DNA from: an uncultured virus (IMG/VR IMGVR_UViG_3300010157_000035)
Taxonomy: Duplodnaviria > Heunggongvirae > Uroviricota > Caudoviricetes
Reading direction: 5' to 3' (one strand)
Length of the DNA stretch: 64,000 bases
Virus record (IMG/VR): IMGVR_UViG_3300010157_000035
Coordinates: 62,001-126,000 of that record
The position numbers and the translations under genes are program-made. Position 1 is the stretch's first letter. Each line of letters begins with the position of its first letter. Positions 37,937-47,764 of the stretch are shown here, piece by piece. Below the pieces are notes generated by a model. It was given only the letters and a program-made list of their open reading frames with translations. It had not been told where the DNA came from and searched no databases.

Positions 37937-40399
37937 TTATCCTAAAATATTGCGTCGGGGGAATACGAGATATTTATCGTATACATTGGTGTTAGAATAC
38001 ATGTCAACTGGCGCAGTGAACTGCATACTTCCGCCGTCAAACGTAGTACCCGGTGGTGTTGCATAAGTCCAATTGGTCAGTGTAAAATAGTCATCTTCCC
38101 AGGTGGTTATTGCATCTGCGTCGTTGATCCAGCTGCCGATATTTTGACCATTTTGATTCCAATATGCAGGATCAGTGGGCAACGTTCCTGGCACAGTCGC
38201 TTGTATACATTCGTATATTTTATTAATTCTGACGTCGCCGCGTATAGTTTGATATTCCACAACCTGCCCAACTTGGTATGATTCAGTCGAAGAGAATATA
38301 GGTAATCCAATAAGGTCAAACGTGGTCAAGCTAGCTGGGTACGGGATCGCTGAATTGTCGGAATAGCCCCAATGTTGATCGGCTCTATTCCAATTCCGGG
38401 TTAATAGATTGTCTAATTCGTAACGATCAACTTCAAAGTCAATCACGTTGAGTTGGTCAATAAAATCTTGACCAATATAATAGGCCAATTGTTCACCGCG
38501 TCCGGGATTGGCATAGGCTATGACCCAGGCCGGAGTAAAGCCCAAAGTTTGGCCATTGGCCTGTTTACAAATCATCCACAAGGGCAATGTATTTGAAATT
38601 TGTCCTACTACATCAATAACTTGATCTCGCATGTTGATCAAACTGTTAGGATATACTGTGCTGACACTCACTGTTGAGTTTTTAGGATACGGTAATTCGG
38701 CAGTGACAGGATAGGGTAGTGTGACATCTTTACTGACACTTTGGCCTTGTGCGTTGACCAGGTCATCAATGATTCTACTGTAGACCACTTCGTAGATGAC
38801 CGTTCCTGAACTATCAATGGCCTGTGCAACTTCGATAGAACCCAGCACAAGATTTTTCCAATAGTGGTTAATGTCTAAACTGGCTACATATTCATCCAAT
38901 GTGGCGGCACTAAGACCATACGCATGATAATAAGTTACATTTTTTGCCACACCAAAGTTGGGATCGGTTGGGCGATATAATAAGTTTTGTTGAAAAATAT
39001 CACTATTTTGTAGCAGACTATTGATCACGGCCCGATCATTGAGTGGTGGCATGGCCTGAATATAAAGATTGTCGTAAGGCTCGTTATAGGCTCGGTTGAC
39101 TCGAATTGAAAATACTTTGTTAGAGCTGATTAAACCGTCAACACTATAAGCGGTAACTGTAAAATAGTAAACCAAATCAAATGTAGTAGTGTTGTTGTCA
39201 AATGTAGTTGTGCCCATGTCCAAGGCAAAAGTATTAAAACTTACTCGCCCGGCAATTTCACCCGAGGGTAATAATTCTAAACCTTGAGGTAATAAACTAT
39301 CACTGCCTGACAGCAGTTGATATTGTAGTGTTACACCACTTCTATTTACAGCCGCTACATAAAATGTGCTAGTGGCACCGTTGTCGATTGTTCCAAGATT
39401 GTCAGGAACCAACCAAGTTACATCAGCACTTACTGGTCCGATTACAGTTAATGAAAACGCATATGGAGGACTAATGTAGTCAGGGTAGGCAACTAATTGC
39501 AGATAAATGTTAAAAGAATACGTTTGATTGTTTATACCCAATGGAGGAATGTTTCCATAGAACCAACCTGAATTGGGATCTAATGTCAGTCCAGGTATGT
39601 CGGCGTCAGTAGAATACTGAAATTGATCACCATTTAAATCTACACCATTGAATTGATAAGCAAAGAAATTGTCACTACGCACAGTACCAATTGATCCGGG
39701 AGTATTTAATAATACTGGCACAAGTATAGGTGTTCCGTCGGCAGTAATAAATGTGTTGTCTGAGGTGATATATGTATCGTCAGCCGAAAGACTATTTCTA
39801 CTCCATACATATATACTGAATGATCTATTAACAGTTCCGTTTACTGTGCCATCGGTCAGTTGTAGTGTAAACGCATAGTCAGTGTTTGCGCTACTAAGGC
39901 CAATTAAACCAGATATCAATCCGGCAGTGCTGATAGTTAAACCAGGAGGTAAGCTGCCTGCTATCAGTTTAACTATGGTATTATCCGGGCCTGTGTATTG
40001 TATTTGCAAATCTGTAATTAAACTGGCATCATACAACTGAGCCAGTTGCCCTGCCGGTGTAACAAATGCAGGAATCGCGGTATTGGCCACTTCAATGGTA
40101 AACGTTCTGTCGGCCAGTCGATTGATTACCATACCGGTTCGTGTATACGCTCTTACGGCAAACTTACTCAGAGTGTCTACTGGCACATCAAGTGGAACGC
40201 CTTGAATTGTTGCCCGGGCGTTTGGAACTCCGGTGATAATTCCTGTTTCATTAATCTGCATACCGCGAGGTAATGCACCAGCTATTAGCTGATAATATAC
40301 AGTATTGTCAGCTGTGGCCAATAAAGGAAGACTGTAAAAGACTCCTTCGGGTATGGTCCCTAGGCTACCAGCAGGAGTTTGCCAAACCGGTTGTGACAT
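37937..40399 (-). CDS. Baseplate wedge-like protein with repeated Ig-like domains
   Basis: Repeated PVW.TPAG.LG / G.LP.GL / G.I.G units; ends DKYLVFP. Confidence 0.7.
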   Translation of the reverse strand: MSQPVWQTPAGSLGTIPEGVFYSLPLLATADNTVYYQLIAGALPRGMQINETGIITGVPNARATIQGVPLDVPVDTLSKFAVRAYTRTGMVINRLADRTFTIEVANTAIPAFVTPAGQLAQLYDASLITDLQIQYTGPDNTIVKLIAGSLPPGLTISTAGLISGLIGLSSANTDYAFTLQLTDGTVNGTVNRSFSIYVWSRNSLSADDTYITSDNTFITADGTPILVPVLLNTPGSIGTVRSDNFFAYQFNGVDLNGDQFQYSTDADIPGLTLDPNSGWFYGNIPPLGINNQTYSFNIYLQLVAYPDYISPPYAFSLTVIGPVSADVTWLVPDNLGTIDNGATSTFYVAAVNRSGVTLQYQLLSGSDSLLPQGLELLPSGEIAGRVSFNTFALDMGTTTFDNNTTTFDLVYYFTVTAYSVDGLISSNKVFSIRVNRAYNEPYDNLYIQAMPPLNDRAVINSLLQNSDIFQQNLLYRPTDPNFGVAKNVTYYHAYGLSAATLDEYVASLDINHYWKNLVLGSIEVAQAIDSSGTVIYEVVYSRIIDDLVNAQGQSVSKDVTLPYPVTAELPYPKNSTVSVSTVYPNSLINMRDQVIDVVGQISNTLPLWMICKQANGQTLGFTPAWVIAYANPGRGEQLAYYIGQDFIDQLNVIDFEVDRYELDNLLTRNWNRADQHWGYSDNSAIPYPASLTTFDLIGLPIFSSTESYQVGQVVEYQTIRGDVRINKIYECIQATVPGTLPTDPAYWNQNGQNIGSWINDADAITTWEDDYFTLTNWTYATPPGTTFDGGSMQFTAPVDMYSNTNVYDKYLVFPRRNILG

Positions 40400-40400
40400 A

Positions 40401-42458
40401 TTAAATTATAACAGCGATAATAACTTTTTTGCCGTCCTCAAGATTGGTTTCAAGAGCCTTGGCAAACACAGCCTGTCCATATAAACGACTGCGGCCAACG
40501 CTTTGAGCATGTCCTGCAGTCGAACTGGTTACCAGACTGTCACCCTTAACTACAGACCCAACGACATTGACCGGCACTCGTCCACGCAATGCCACTGGTA
40601 ATCCTGGCATGGCGGCATTCATTAAATGCGCCGGATTGGTAGATATTGCACCAGCTACCCGTTCATCAGCAACGTCGGTGCTGATAGTTATTTCTTGCTC
40701 GCCACCAAACACAACCACAGTGCCTGGTGTGTAATCTGTGTCAGCTAGATAATTTTCAGCCAAGTCAGCATATTGAGCACTAGTGGCTTTAGCAAACACA
40801 GTGTTAAAATAGCTGCTCGAACTACCAATATTGCCAACGGCGTTGCTGTTGTTGTTTGTTATGCTGCCCACTGATACAGTGCCAGTTGACACGGTTATAT
40901 TGCCAGCTGTTATGTTGCCGGTTACACTCAACGAGCCAATGGTGCCAATTCCAGTGGCAATCACACCAGTTAGTGCAGATCCGTTACCAACAAAATAGTT
41001 ACCAGTTATGTTGCCAACAGCACTTACCAATCCACCTGTTACTACGTTGCCACCAGTTATGTTGCCAACAGCACTTACCAATCCACCAGTTAATACATTG
41101 CCACCTGTTACATTGCCGGCTGTGATTGTGCCAGTGGTTAATACTGTATTGGACCCCCACGCGGCCAGCAGTGTGTTGACATTGCTGTCGCCATAATTGC
41201 TGACGCCGGTTAGTGCAGATCCGTTACCAACAAAATAGTTACCAGTTATGTTGCCAACAGCACTTACTTGTCCACCAGTTAATACATTGCCACCTGTTAT
41301 GTTGCCAGTGACATTGACTGCGGTTCCGGTATGTGCAGTAGCCGATACATTTCCGCCGGCATTGACGTCAAGGGTAGCACGAAGATAATTGCCCGAAACA
41401 TTGCCTGCAGAACTGACATTACCTGTGGCGCTGACCACACCGCCAGTTGATACATTAGCACTTGTTACATTGCCCGTGACACTGACTGCGGTTCCGGTGT
41501 AATTTGTAGCACTGATATTACCAACTGTGGCATTCCCGGTAGCACTGATCACACCAGTGGTCAATACATTGCCACCTCTGACATTGCCAGTGGCACTTAC
41601 TTGACCACCAGTGGTCAAGTTTCCACTTATAACATTACCTTGGCTACTTACAACTCCTAATACTATAAATGTGTTAGAATCTCTGTTAAAAGTCATACCG
41701 GCGACGGCATCAGCATTGCCGTTGGTATTGAATATAACTTGAGTATTGCTGCCAGGGACTACAAAGTTACCGGTGATGTTACCAAAAAAGTTGCCAACAA
41801 AATATTGATCTGTTACAATGTTGCCAGTGGCACTAACTTGCCCACCAGTGGTTAAATTTCCACCTGTGACATTGCCGACAGTAACACTATTATTAGTTAC
41901 ACTTAGATTACCACTGGTAATATTACCAGTGGACGAAATTGTATTTGATCCAAATGTGGCCAACAATGTGGTAACATTTGAATTGGTGTAAGTTGCTGGA
42001 AGCCCAGTTAATTGACTACCGTTGCCTAAAATGTAACTGCCAGTGACATTGCCAAGAGCACTAACAACACCTTGAACATATTGTCCAGTGGCAGCAACCG
42101 TTACAACATTTGAGAATCCGCTGACTCCAGTAATTACATTACCATTGATGTTGGTAATGGCTACATTACTGGTTCCATTTTGAATGGTAGTAACGGTTAC
42201 ATTGCCAATTTGACTTATCTGTGCCCAAATAACACTGGTTCCATCATAATCTGCAAAGCAATAGTAAAAATACGTGCTGTCGTAGGCATACCAACCGGCT
42301 TGATCACCTATCTGTCCAACTAAAGTAGTAGGAGGAGAGACCTGGGCACGAGCATAAAGTTCTGTAAAATTTTCATTGGTAATGATAAAAGAGTTGCGTA
42401 AAGGGGTGCCCTGCCCGTCATTTGGTTCGGCTCCTACTTGGATAACTTGTTGGGTCAT
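40401..42458 (-). CDS. Tail fibre/spike: gp9/gp10-like N-terminus, 17-aa repeats and an intramolecular-chaperone-like C-terminus
   Basis: NDGQGTPLR...NENFTELY; many SATGNVTGGN repeats; YADLAENY...GRVPV...KGD.LV. Confidence 0.75.
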   Translation of the reverse strand: MTQQVIQVGAEPNDGQGTPLRNSFIITNENFTELYARAQVSPPTTLVGQIGDQAGWYAYDSTYFYYCFADYDGTSVIWAQISQIGNVTVTTIQNGTSNVAITNINGNVITGVSGFSNVVTVAATGQYVQGVVSALGNVTGSYILGNGSQLTGLPATYTNSNVTTLLATFGSNTISSTGNITSGNLSVTNNSVTVGNVTGGNLTTGGQVSATGNIVTDQYFVGNFFGNITGNFVVPGSNTQVIFNTNGNADAVAGMTFNRDSNTFIVLGVVSSQGNVISGNLTTGGQVSATGNVRGGNVLTTGVISATGNATVGNISATNYTGTAVSVTGNVTSANVSTGGVVSATGNVSSAGNVSGNYLRATLDVNAGGNVSATAHTGTAVNVTGNITGGNVLTGGQVSAVGNITGNYFVGNGSALTGVSNYGDSNVNTLLAAWGSNTVLTTGTITAGNVTGGNVLTGGLVSAVGNITGGNVVTGGLVSAVGNITGNYFVGNGSALTGVIATGIGTIGSLSVTGNITAGNITVSTGTVSVGSITNNNSNAVGNIGSSSSYFNTVFAKATSAQYADLAENYLADTDYTPGTVVVFGGEQEITISTDVADERVAGAISTNPAHLMNAAMPGLPVALRGRVPVNVVGSVVKGDSLVTSSTAGHAQSVGRSRLYGQAVFAKALETNLEDGKKVIIAVII
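40969..41267 (-). repeat. Exact 59-bp direct repeat plus 51-bp-period repeats in the tail fibre gene
   Basis: 40969-41027 equals 41209-41267; a shorter unit recurs at 41001 and 41052. Confidence 0.85.
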
Positions 42459-42521
42459 AGATAATTGTCCTCTTGCTGTATTTAGCAGAGGGCCAATTCT
42501 AGACTACGTGGGGTATTTTAT

Positions 42522-42848
42522 TTAACCTGGGCTAAAACTACTGCCGCAGCCACAGGTGGTTTGTGCTGTGGGATTTTTGATACTAAAAGTAGCACCGTAT
42601 TGGTCTTCTTTGTAGTCTACTTCTGCACCTTGTAGATATCCGCCGCTCATGCTATCAACTAGCACTTGAACTCCGTTATAGTTTAAGTCCCAGTCATCTT
42701 CGTTTTTTATTTCGTCTAGGGTAAAACCGTATTGCATTCCGCTGCAGCCGCCGCCTTGGACAAATACACGTAGTTTAAGTTCGGGATTGTTTTCTTCGGC
42801 AATGATATCTCGTATTTTTGCCACTGCGTTGTCGGTAATTGTGATCAT
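42522..42848 (-). CDS. erpA: A-type Fe-S carrier ErpA/IscA
   Basis: [16 protein letters not shown]...[12 protein letters not shown]. Confidence 0.9.
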   Translation of the reverse strand: MITITDNAVAKIRDIIAEENNPELKLRVFVQGGGCSGMQYGFTLDEIKNEDDWDLNYNGVQVLVDSMSGGYLQGAEVDYKEDQYGATFSIKNPTAQTTCGCGSSFSPG

Positions 42849-43399
42849 ATTCTTTCGTTGCAAACGTTCCAGTCAATAATTTTCCAGATGTTATCTAGAT
42901 AACGCTCTTTGTCCCATTGGTAATCTAGGCTCCATGCGTGTTCCCACCAGTCCACTAGCACACAAATATCTGTCCTAACCTGATGGTTTGGAATGGTTTT
43001 AATTGTGCCCGCGGTGCTGAGATATACCCAGCCTGATCCTTGAATCTTCATCGCGACTTCTTTGAACGCCGCTTTAAAATCTTCGTAGGTTTCGAAGTTG
43101 GTTTCAATTAGTTCTAGCACAGCGCCTTTGGGGCGATTAGCTCCTTTGGGTTCTCGAAGTTGTGGAAAAAATTTATTATGTAAAAAACTACCAGCACGGT
43201 TAAAATCTGCATTGCCTTCACCCGCATTGTAGCGTTTGGCATAGCCTTTGGCCAAATGCTCGTAATGGTATTCAATTGTAGCCGGGCTCATTACAGGCTC
43301 CAACGCCTTGTGTGTGTAGGGCAAAGGTGTGGTTTCCAACTTGGCTGGCCGAGTCGAAGCTTCTAATAATTCAATATCTTGTCTTATACTAACATGCAT
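42845..43399 (-). CDS. Fe/Mn superoxide dismutase
   Basis: LPY..ALEP; metal ligands in HYEH, FLHN and DWWEHA; GSGW. Start reassigned to the ATG just after TAAATA. Confidence 0.85.
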   Translation of the reverse strand: MHVSIRQDIELLEASTRPAKLETTPLPYTHKALEPVMSPATIEYHYEHLAKGYAKRYNAGEGNADFNRAGSFLHNKFFPQLREPKGANRPKGAVLELIETNFETYEDFKAAFKEVAMKIQGSGWVYLSTAGTIKTIPNHQVRTDICVLVDWWEHAWSLDYQWDKERYLDNIWKIIDWNVCNERI

Positions 43400-43406
43400 A
43401 GGGTAT

Positions 43407-43625
43407 TTATCTACGGCGAGTAATACGACCACGGGTTAGATCGTAGGGACTAAATTCCATTTCTACACTGTCGCCCATCAGGACCTTGATGTTGTTTTTA
43501 CGCATACGACCACTGAGGTTGGCCAGCACAGGCTTTTCAAAGTTTTCCATTTTGATACGAAACATGGTATTGGGTAAAACTTCTGCTACAACCCCTTCCA
43601 TTTTTATTACATCTTCTTTGCTCAA
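43407..43625 (-). CDS. infA: Translation initiation factor IF-1
   Basis: [20 protein letters not shown]...SGRMRKN.I...GD.V...[10 protein letters not shown]. Confidence 0.95.
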   Translation of the reverse strand: MSKEDVIKMEGVVAEVLPNTMFRIKMENFEKPVLANLSGRMRKNNIKVLMGDSVEMEFSPYDLTRGRITRRR

Positions 43626-43643
43626 TTAATAAGTTCTTTCATT

Positions 43644-44033
43644 TTAGCGACGCATTTTACTTATATCTTTGGCTTCCTCATCTGAAAATACCGGAACAGC
43701 ATTTGACTTGTGCATGGTAGCGATCCCTTTGACTTTGGTACCTGTGTAAACTTTGGCCGGTGCTAGAGTAGCATTGCCACCAGTGTTGCGACTGGGAATA
43801 TGATGTGTGGTAAAACGGCCGGCGGGCGCGGACAATTTATAATCGAGTGGCTCGGCCTTTAAGGCCCGGCTACGTTTTTTCTCGTCTGCGTCTACTTCCC
43901 ACTTCTTTTTTAACTCTTGCCATGATGCATCGAGCTCACGTGATTTACGAGCTTCGTCGGCGTTGCGAAATTTCACTCGGCCTTTCTTTTTGCCGTTGAG
44001 ACTAAGATACGGGCCTACTAGGTGCATGGTCAT
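43644..44033 (-). CDS. Basic hypothetical phage protein
   Basis: YTGTKVKGIATMHKSNAVPV. Confidence 0.6.
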   Translation of the reverse strand: MTMHLVGPYLSLNGKKKGRVKFRNADEARKSRELDASWQELKKKWEVDADEKKRSRALKAEPLDYKLSAPAGRFTTHHIPSRNTGGNATLAPAKVYTGTKVKGIATMHKSNAVPVFSDEEAKDISKMRR

Positions 44034-44260
44034 TTTTGTAATAACTCCATAGTGTATTCGGTATCACGCATATAGGCCACAGGTTTGAGCCAACCGTGAC
44101 GAATGCATTCCTGTATAAGATCTTGATAGTTTTCTGGACATCGCTGACTGATTTCAATTGCGGCTCGTGACACCAGTGTAAAGCCATCAGGCGAGAATGT
44201 AAAATCTGGGTCACTTGGACGCAAAGTTTTATAGGATCGACCCTGAGAAATCTTAATCAT
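44030..44260 (-). CDS. Hypothetical protein (near-leaderless)
   Basis: TTGACC-N17-TATAAT at 44266-44294, 5 nt before the ATG. Confidence 0.6.
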   Translation of the reverse strand: MIKISQGRSYKTLRPSDPDFTFSPDGFTLVSRAAIEISQRCPENYQDLIQECIRHGWLKPVAYMRDTEYTMELLQK

Positions 44261-44298
44261 ACTGTATTATAGCAGATAATTGGGCGCAGGTCAACCGT

Positions 44299-44610
44299 TT
44301 ATTTGAACAAGATCACAGCCATTATGACGGCTTGTATTATAAACCCAACACCTATTGTGACAATGTTTAAGGTGTCCTTGAGCACAATGGCTCGACCAAA
44401 CAACAACAACAGGCCGGCCCAAATGAACAGCACAATATCTAGGCCCGGAGTGCGATCACTTAACCCGGTTAATAACGCTATCAAAGAAGGAATGGTAGCG
44501 GAATGCATTAAGATCACAGCCAACCACCCTAGCGTATCGGCACTTACTTTGGGCAATTGCTGATCTAACCATGCTCTTGCACACTTGATCCAACCGTCGA
44601 GTTTTTCCAT
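44299..44610 (-). CDS. Small multi-pass membrane protein
   Basis: Three hydrophobic segments; start MEKLDG after GAGG. Confidence 0.6.
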   Translation of the reverse strand: MEKLDGWIKCARAWLDQQLPKVSADTLGWLAVILMHSATIPSLIALLTGLSDRTPGLDIVLFIWAGLLLLFGRAIVLKDTLNIVTIGVGFIIQAVIMAVILFK

Positions 44611-44612
44611 GT

Positions 44613-45173
44613 TTATATCCTCTCTGAATAAAATACGTGTCGACCAATTTTGGCCACTTGTGGTTTGCCCCATTGAGCTTGAACATAGTCTGCATGAAAA
44701 TACAGAGCATTCTTCAAGCCGGGTAGTCTAAAACCTTCTAGTAATACTTTTTTAGCCACTTCTTCTGACTCTTTCCAATAGGCTGGATAAATGGGTCTAA
44801 TTCGACTGGATCCGTCACACATCCAACTGAATTGGCAAACTTCTCGGCCTAAGACCATGTTCTTTTGATAAACCACACCGCAAATATCGGATGCAAATTT
44901 GCCGCTGTCTACACGGTTAATAGTGACTTGGGCTACAGCGACCTTACCTTCAAAAGGTTCGCTTGCACTTTCCCAATAGATGTTTTTGGTTAAACAGGCC
45001 AGTTGTCTGGTTCTGTCCTCGACGCTGATAAAACCTTGTCGAGCTGTTTCGTTTGTTACTTTTAGGATATCTAATTTATATTGTGTTACTGTGATTACAG
45101 CAAACATCACAATCATAAAACCACAAAATTGAAAAATTTTGTTACCTACGTCAGTTATCGAATTTAATTTCAA
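44613..45173 (-). CDS. SleB-like cell wall hydrolase (Hydrolase_2)
   Basis: CLTKNIYWES, VAVAQVTINRV, ICGVVYQ, CQFSW, ALYFH, IGRHVFY; N-terminal TM; TTG start with AGGAG. Confidence 0.9.
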   Translation of the reverse strand: MKLNSITDVGNKIFQFCGFMIVMFAVITVTQYKLDILKVTNETARQGFISVEDRTRQLACLTKNIYWESASEPFEGKVAVAQVTINRVDSGKFASDICGVVYQKNMVLGREVCQFSWMCDGSSRIRPIYPAYWKESEEVAKKVLLEGFRLPGLKNALYFHADYVQAQWGKPQVAKIGRHVFYSERI

Positions 45174-45184
45174 TGCCTTCTCCT

Positions 45185-45460
45185 CATCACAAGACTGTGC
45201 GTGTCAGCGGAGGTGCCCAGGATGAGCGCATTGACGGTGGCTGTAGATTCGACAAAAGACCTCGGGCCTCAGTGCCATATTCTCCGAATTGACTGTTGTT
45301 GCTGGCCAATTCGGACCGTTTGTCAATGAAGAGGATTTCCGAAGCCCTCTCTAAAAAAGACCAGCTTTGCGGCACTGGTCCATCCGTTGTGGAGTAGATC
45401 TAAGATTATAATCCTACGCTAAACATCTGTTAGCTTGGTTGTGTATTCTACTCTCTAAAA
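45185..45460 (-). ncRNA. Putative structured RNA / long 5' leader of the hydrolase gene
   Basis: At least six helices read by eye, including a perfect 9-bp stem (45283-45291 / 45307-45315) and a terminator-like hairpin followed by a U6 tract. Confidence 0.55.
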
Positions 45461-45533
45461 TACTTATTATTATACACCCTATGCCGGCAAAGATCTACGA
45501 TTTTTGATAGGTTTTTGCCGTTAACTGGGCATA

Positions 45534-46067
45534 TTACTCTGTCACTGGCGGTGGCATGGCCTTCAAACGGTCCCATGTGGCCTGTTTATCTTTGATGTGC
45601 TGTTCAAGTTGACGATACTGTTCGCCCAGAGCACGGAGTTCTTCCCATTCCTCTTCCAATTTGGTGTTAGGTGTTAGGATGTTCAATCGTTCCTCAACCC
45701 GTTCCATCCAATCTCGCATACTTTTTTCGCCTATCACAAGATCGGCATTATCGCCTTGAATAACAACTTTACCACTTTGATTCATGGTGTAAGGACTGTT
45801 AACAGTGTATGGGCTAGTAGTTCCGGTGGTCCAAACATGCCCAGCAGTATTACTAAATGTAAACGGACTTCCGGTAAGACTAATGTTGCTGTAAGTGGTT
45901 CCGTTGATGTTGCCATCAATATTGCTCACAGTCAACGGCGGAATAGCACCATATTGTGGATCGGCCCATCCGTTGGTTTTTTTATAGTAGCCGTCTAACG
46001 ATATTGTGACAGTATCGTTAAGCTCAGAGACGAGCTCGTCTAAGGTTTTTTCTTGCGTAAGGTCCAT
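45534..46067 (-). CDS. Hypothetical protein
   Basis: Thr/Ser-rich middle; C-terminal coiled coil (VEERLNIL.PN..LE..W). Confidence 0.6.
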   Translation of the reverse strand: MDLTQEKTLDELVSELNDTVTISLDGYYKKTNGWADPQYGAIPPLTVSNIDGNINGTTYSNISLTGSPFTFSNTAGHVWTTGTTSPYTVNSPYTMNQSGKVVIQGDNADLVIGEKSMRDWMERVEERLNILTPNTKLEEEWEELRALGEQYRQLEQHIKDKQATWDRLKAMPPPVTE

Positions 46068-46210
46068 GTGCCGTCCTTGTTATCTATCCACTCTAGAACA
46101 TCACCTTCCGTCCACTCCATGTGTTCGCAGAGCTCATCACCCAGGAGCAATAACATTTCGCCTGGGTGATCAGGGTCTTCTACTATAGTTGTAATAGAAC
46201 TATACCGCAT
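46040..46210 (-). CDS. AbrB/MazE-like small DNA-binding protein (56 aa)
   Basis: Not in the ORF track. Reads MRYSSITTIVED...EWTEGDVLEWIDNKDGTWTLRKKKP. Confidence 0.65.
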   Translation of the reverse strand: MRYSSITTIVEDPDHPGEMLLLLGDELCEHMEWTEGDVLEWIDNKDGTWTLRKKKP

Positions 46211-46211
46211 G

Positions 46212-46400
46212 TTATTTTGCGGCTAGAGCTTCTTTTTCTACTGTGATTTCTTTACGACGTTCTTTGATTGCTTTGCTCATTTCTTGCAAGGCTTTTCTAG
46301 CACGAGCCGCGGCAGCTTTAACACCCTTGGCTGTGAACTTTTCGTTTTCGGTAAGATAGTTATCAAACGCTGTTTTGATTGCGTCATGGTTTTGTGACAT
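46212..46400 (-). CDS. Histone H1-like (Hc1-type) basic protein
   Basis: KF..KGVKAAAARARKAL.E..K..KERRKEI. Confidence 0.7.
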   Translation of the reverse strand: MSQNHDAIKTAFDNYLTENEKFTAKGVKAAAARARKALQEMSKAIKERRKEITVEKEALAAK

Positions 46401-46472
46401 TGTATTTCCTTTATAATAAAGTGCCTAAGCACCCTTTAATTATACACTATAAAGACACGATGTCAAGAAATA

Positions 46473-46715
46473 TCAAAGACTAATATGCCGTTTTGTCCAG
46501 GCATCCCAAATGACCATGTTGTCCCAACCATGTGTCCAAGTGACCATAAACAGGCTCAAAGTATTTTGATTATAGATGTGCATACGATTGTCGTCAACAC
46601 GAGCCCGTATGTTTCGGCTAGTATTGATCCATCGAGTCAGTTGGCTTTTTGCGTCAGGTGCCCGTAAGATTACCGTATATAGGGCGTCCCCATTTTTATT
46701 TGAAGGTGCAGTCAT
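46473..46715 (-). CDS. Hypothetical protein
   Basis: 80-aa coupled ORF. Confidence 0.55.
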   Translation of the reverse strand: MTAPSNKNGDALYTVILRAPDAKSQLTRWINTSRNIRARVDDNRMHIYNQNTLSLFMVTWTHGWDNMVIWDAWTKRHISL

Positions 46716-46945
46716 TAATGTAAAGATTGATCCGAAGATCTTGGTGAACCAAATTCACTCACATGTTTAACAAAGTCGTCATCTAACAGTATACGCTCAT
46801 CGTCATACTCTTGTGAAACTTCGTTTGGAACTCCTAACAAGCGCATGAGTCCGCCTGTGTGAATTTCCGTAATACCTTGCTGATACAAAACCAACAACAG
46901 TTGGTTAATGGCCATCCTAATGGGATAATCAAGGTCGTCTAACAT
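46715..46945 (-). CDS. Hypothetical protein
   Basis: 76 aa; TAAGTA upstream. Confidence 0.55.
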   Translation of the reverse strand: MLDDLDYPIRMAINQLLLVLYQQGITEIHTGGLMRLLGVPNEVSQEYDDERILLDDDFVKHVSEFGSPRSSDQSLH

Positions 46946-46972
46946 ACAACATACTTAGCTCAAATGATCAAG

Positions 46973-47257
46973 TTATTGACGATATCTCAACTCAATTTCG
47001 CTAACTGTAGATGGCTTGGTGCCAGTTGTAGTTAATTGTATTTTGGTTAATGCAGGATCTTGACAAATGGATTGATTATTGAGTGCCCTAGGAAGTCTAC
47101 AGTCTTGTTGCGTTACTGCACTGGCAGTATGATCAGCAATGCCTTTGCCTGTGGTTTCGTTAACGACCACACTCGACACGCCTAGCCCGGTCCACACCAA
47201 TGGAGCCGCACAACCGGATAACAAAAAAAGAAAAGATACTGCAAGTATCTTGTTCAT
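46973..47257 (-). CDS. Lipoprotein
   Basis: MNKILAVSFLFLLSG-C lipobox. Confidence 0.65.
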   Translation of the reverse strand: MNKILAVSFLFLLSGCAAPLVWTGLGVSSVVVNETTGKGIADHTASAVTQQDCRLPRALNNQSICQDPALTKIQLTTTGTKPSTVSEIELRYRQ

Positions 47258-47299
47258 GGTATAAGTTAGGGGACTTATTGGCACTGCCCCTGGTACCTA

Positions 47300-47632
47300 T
47301 TAAGCCGTTACTTTGGCTGAAGTTTTTGCAGTGGCCTTGATACTAGCGCCTGCTACTTTGACTTCGCCTTTCTTGGCGACCTTGGTCTTCTCAGCCAATT
47401 TGTTGGCTACAGCATAACCAGCATCACCTTCGGTAATGCCCAAGCTCTGCAAATGCTGGAGAGCTTGCAATTTGGTCATTGGGCTTGGGAGCTCAACCAA
47501 ATTGATGTTGGTGCATCCTGCTTTGTTCAGGATCTTGATACGAGCCACCAAGTCGTTAGCGAAACGAGCTTTCACTGTTCCGTTAGAATTAGTTGCGGTA
47601 CCTGCTACGGTAAAAAGTTTATCTTGCGACAT
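47300..47632 (-). CDS. Hypothetical basic protein
   Basis: FTVAG...KARFAND; TTGACA-N17-TATAAT promoter at 47705-47733. Confidence 0.65.
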   Translation of the reverse strand: MSQDKLFTVAGTATNSNGTVKARFANDLVARIKILNKAGCTNINLVELPSPMTKLQALQHLQSLGITEGDAGYAVANKLAEKTKVAKKGEVKVAGASIKATAKTSAKVTA

Positions 47633-47764
47633 AAGTTGCCTTTCGTTGTTGCCTGTTAAAAAGTTGATTTAAAATACACATGCTAAATTGTTTAGCATAT
47701 CCATATTATAGCGGACTGTTGTTTGAATGTCAACCATAATGTAGATTCCGGTTAACCAAAAGTA

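Noticed and set aside
40969..41267. Diversity-generating retroelement TR/VR pair
   Set aside because: The copies are identical and in frame within one gene, show no adenine-specific differences, and no reverse transcriptase is present in the window.
45187..45375. 62-aa ORF in the hydrolase leader
   Set aside because: GTG start inside a hairpin, no RBS and no recognisable motif; RNA structure explains the region better.
45355..45385. c-di-GMP-I riboswitch (GCCGCAAAGC resemblance)
   Set aside because: The upstream GAAA-tetraloop stem and the rest of the consensus are missing; the sequence fits a terminator hairpin better.
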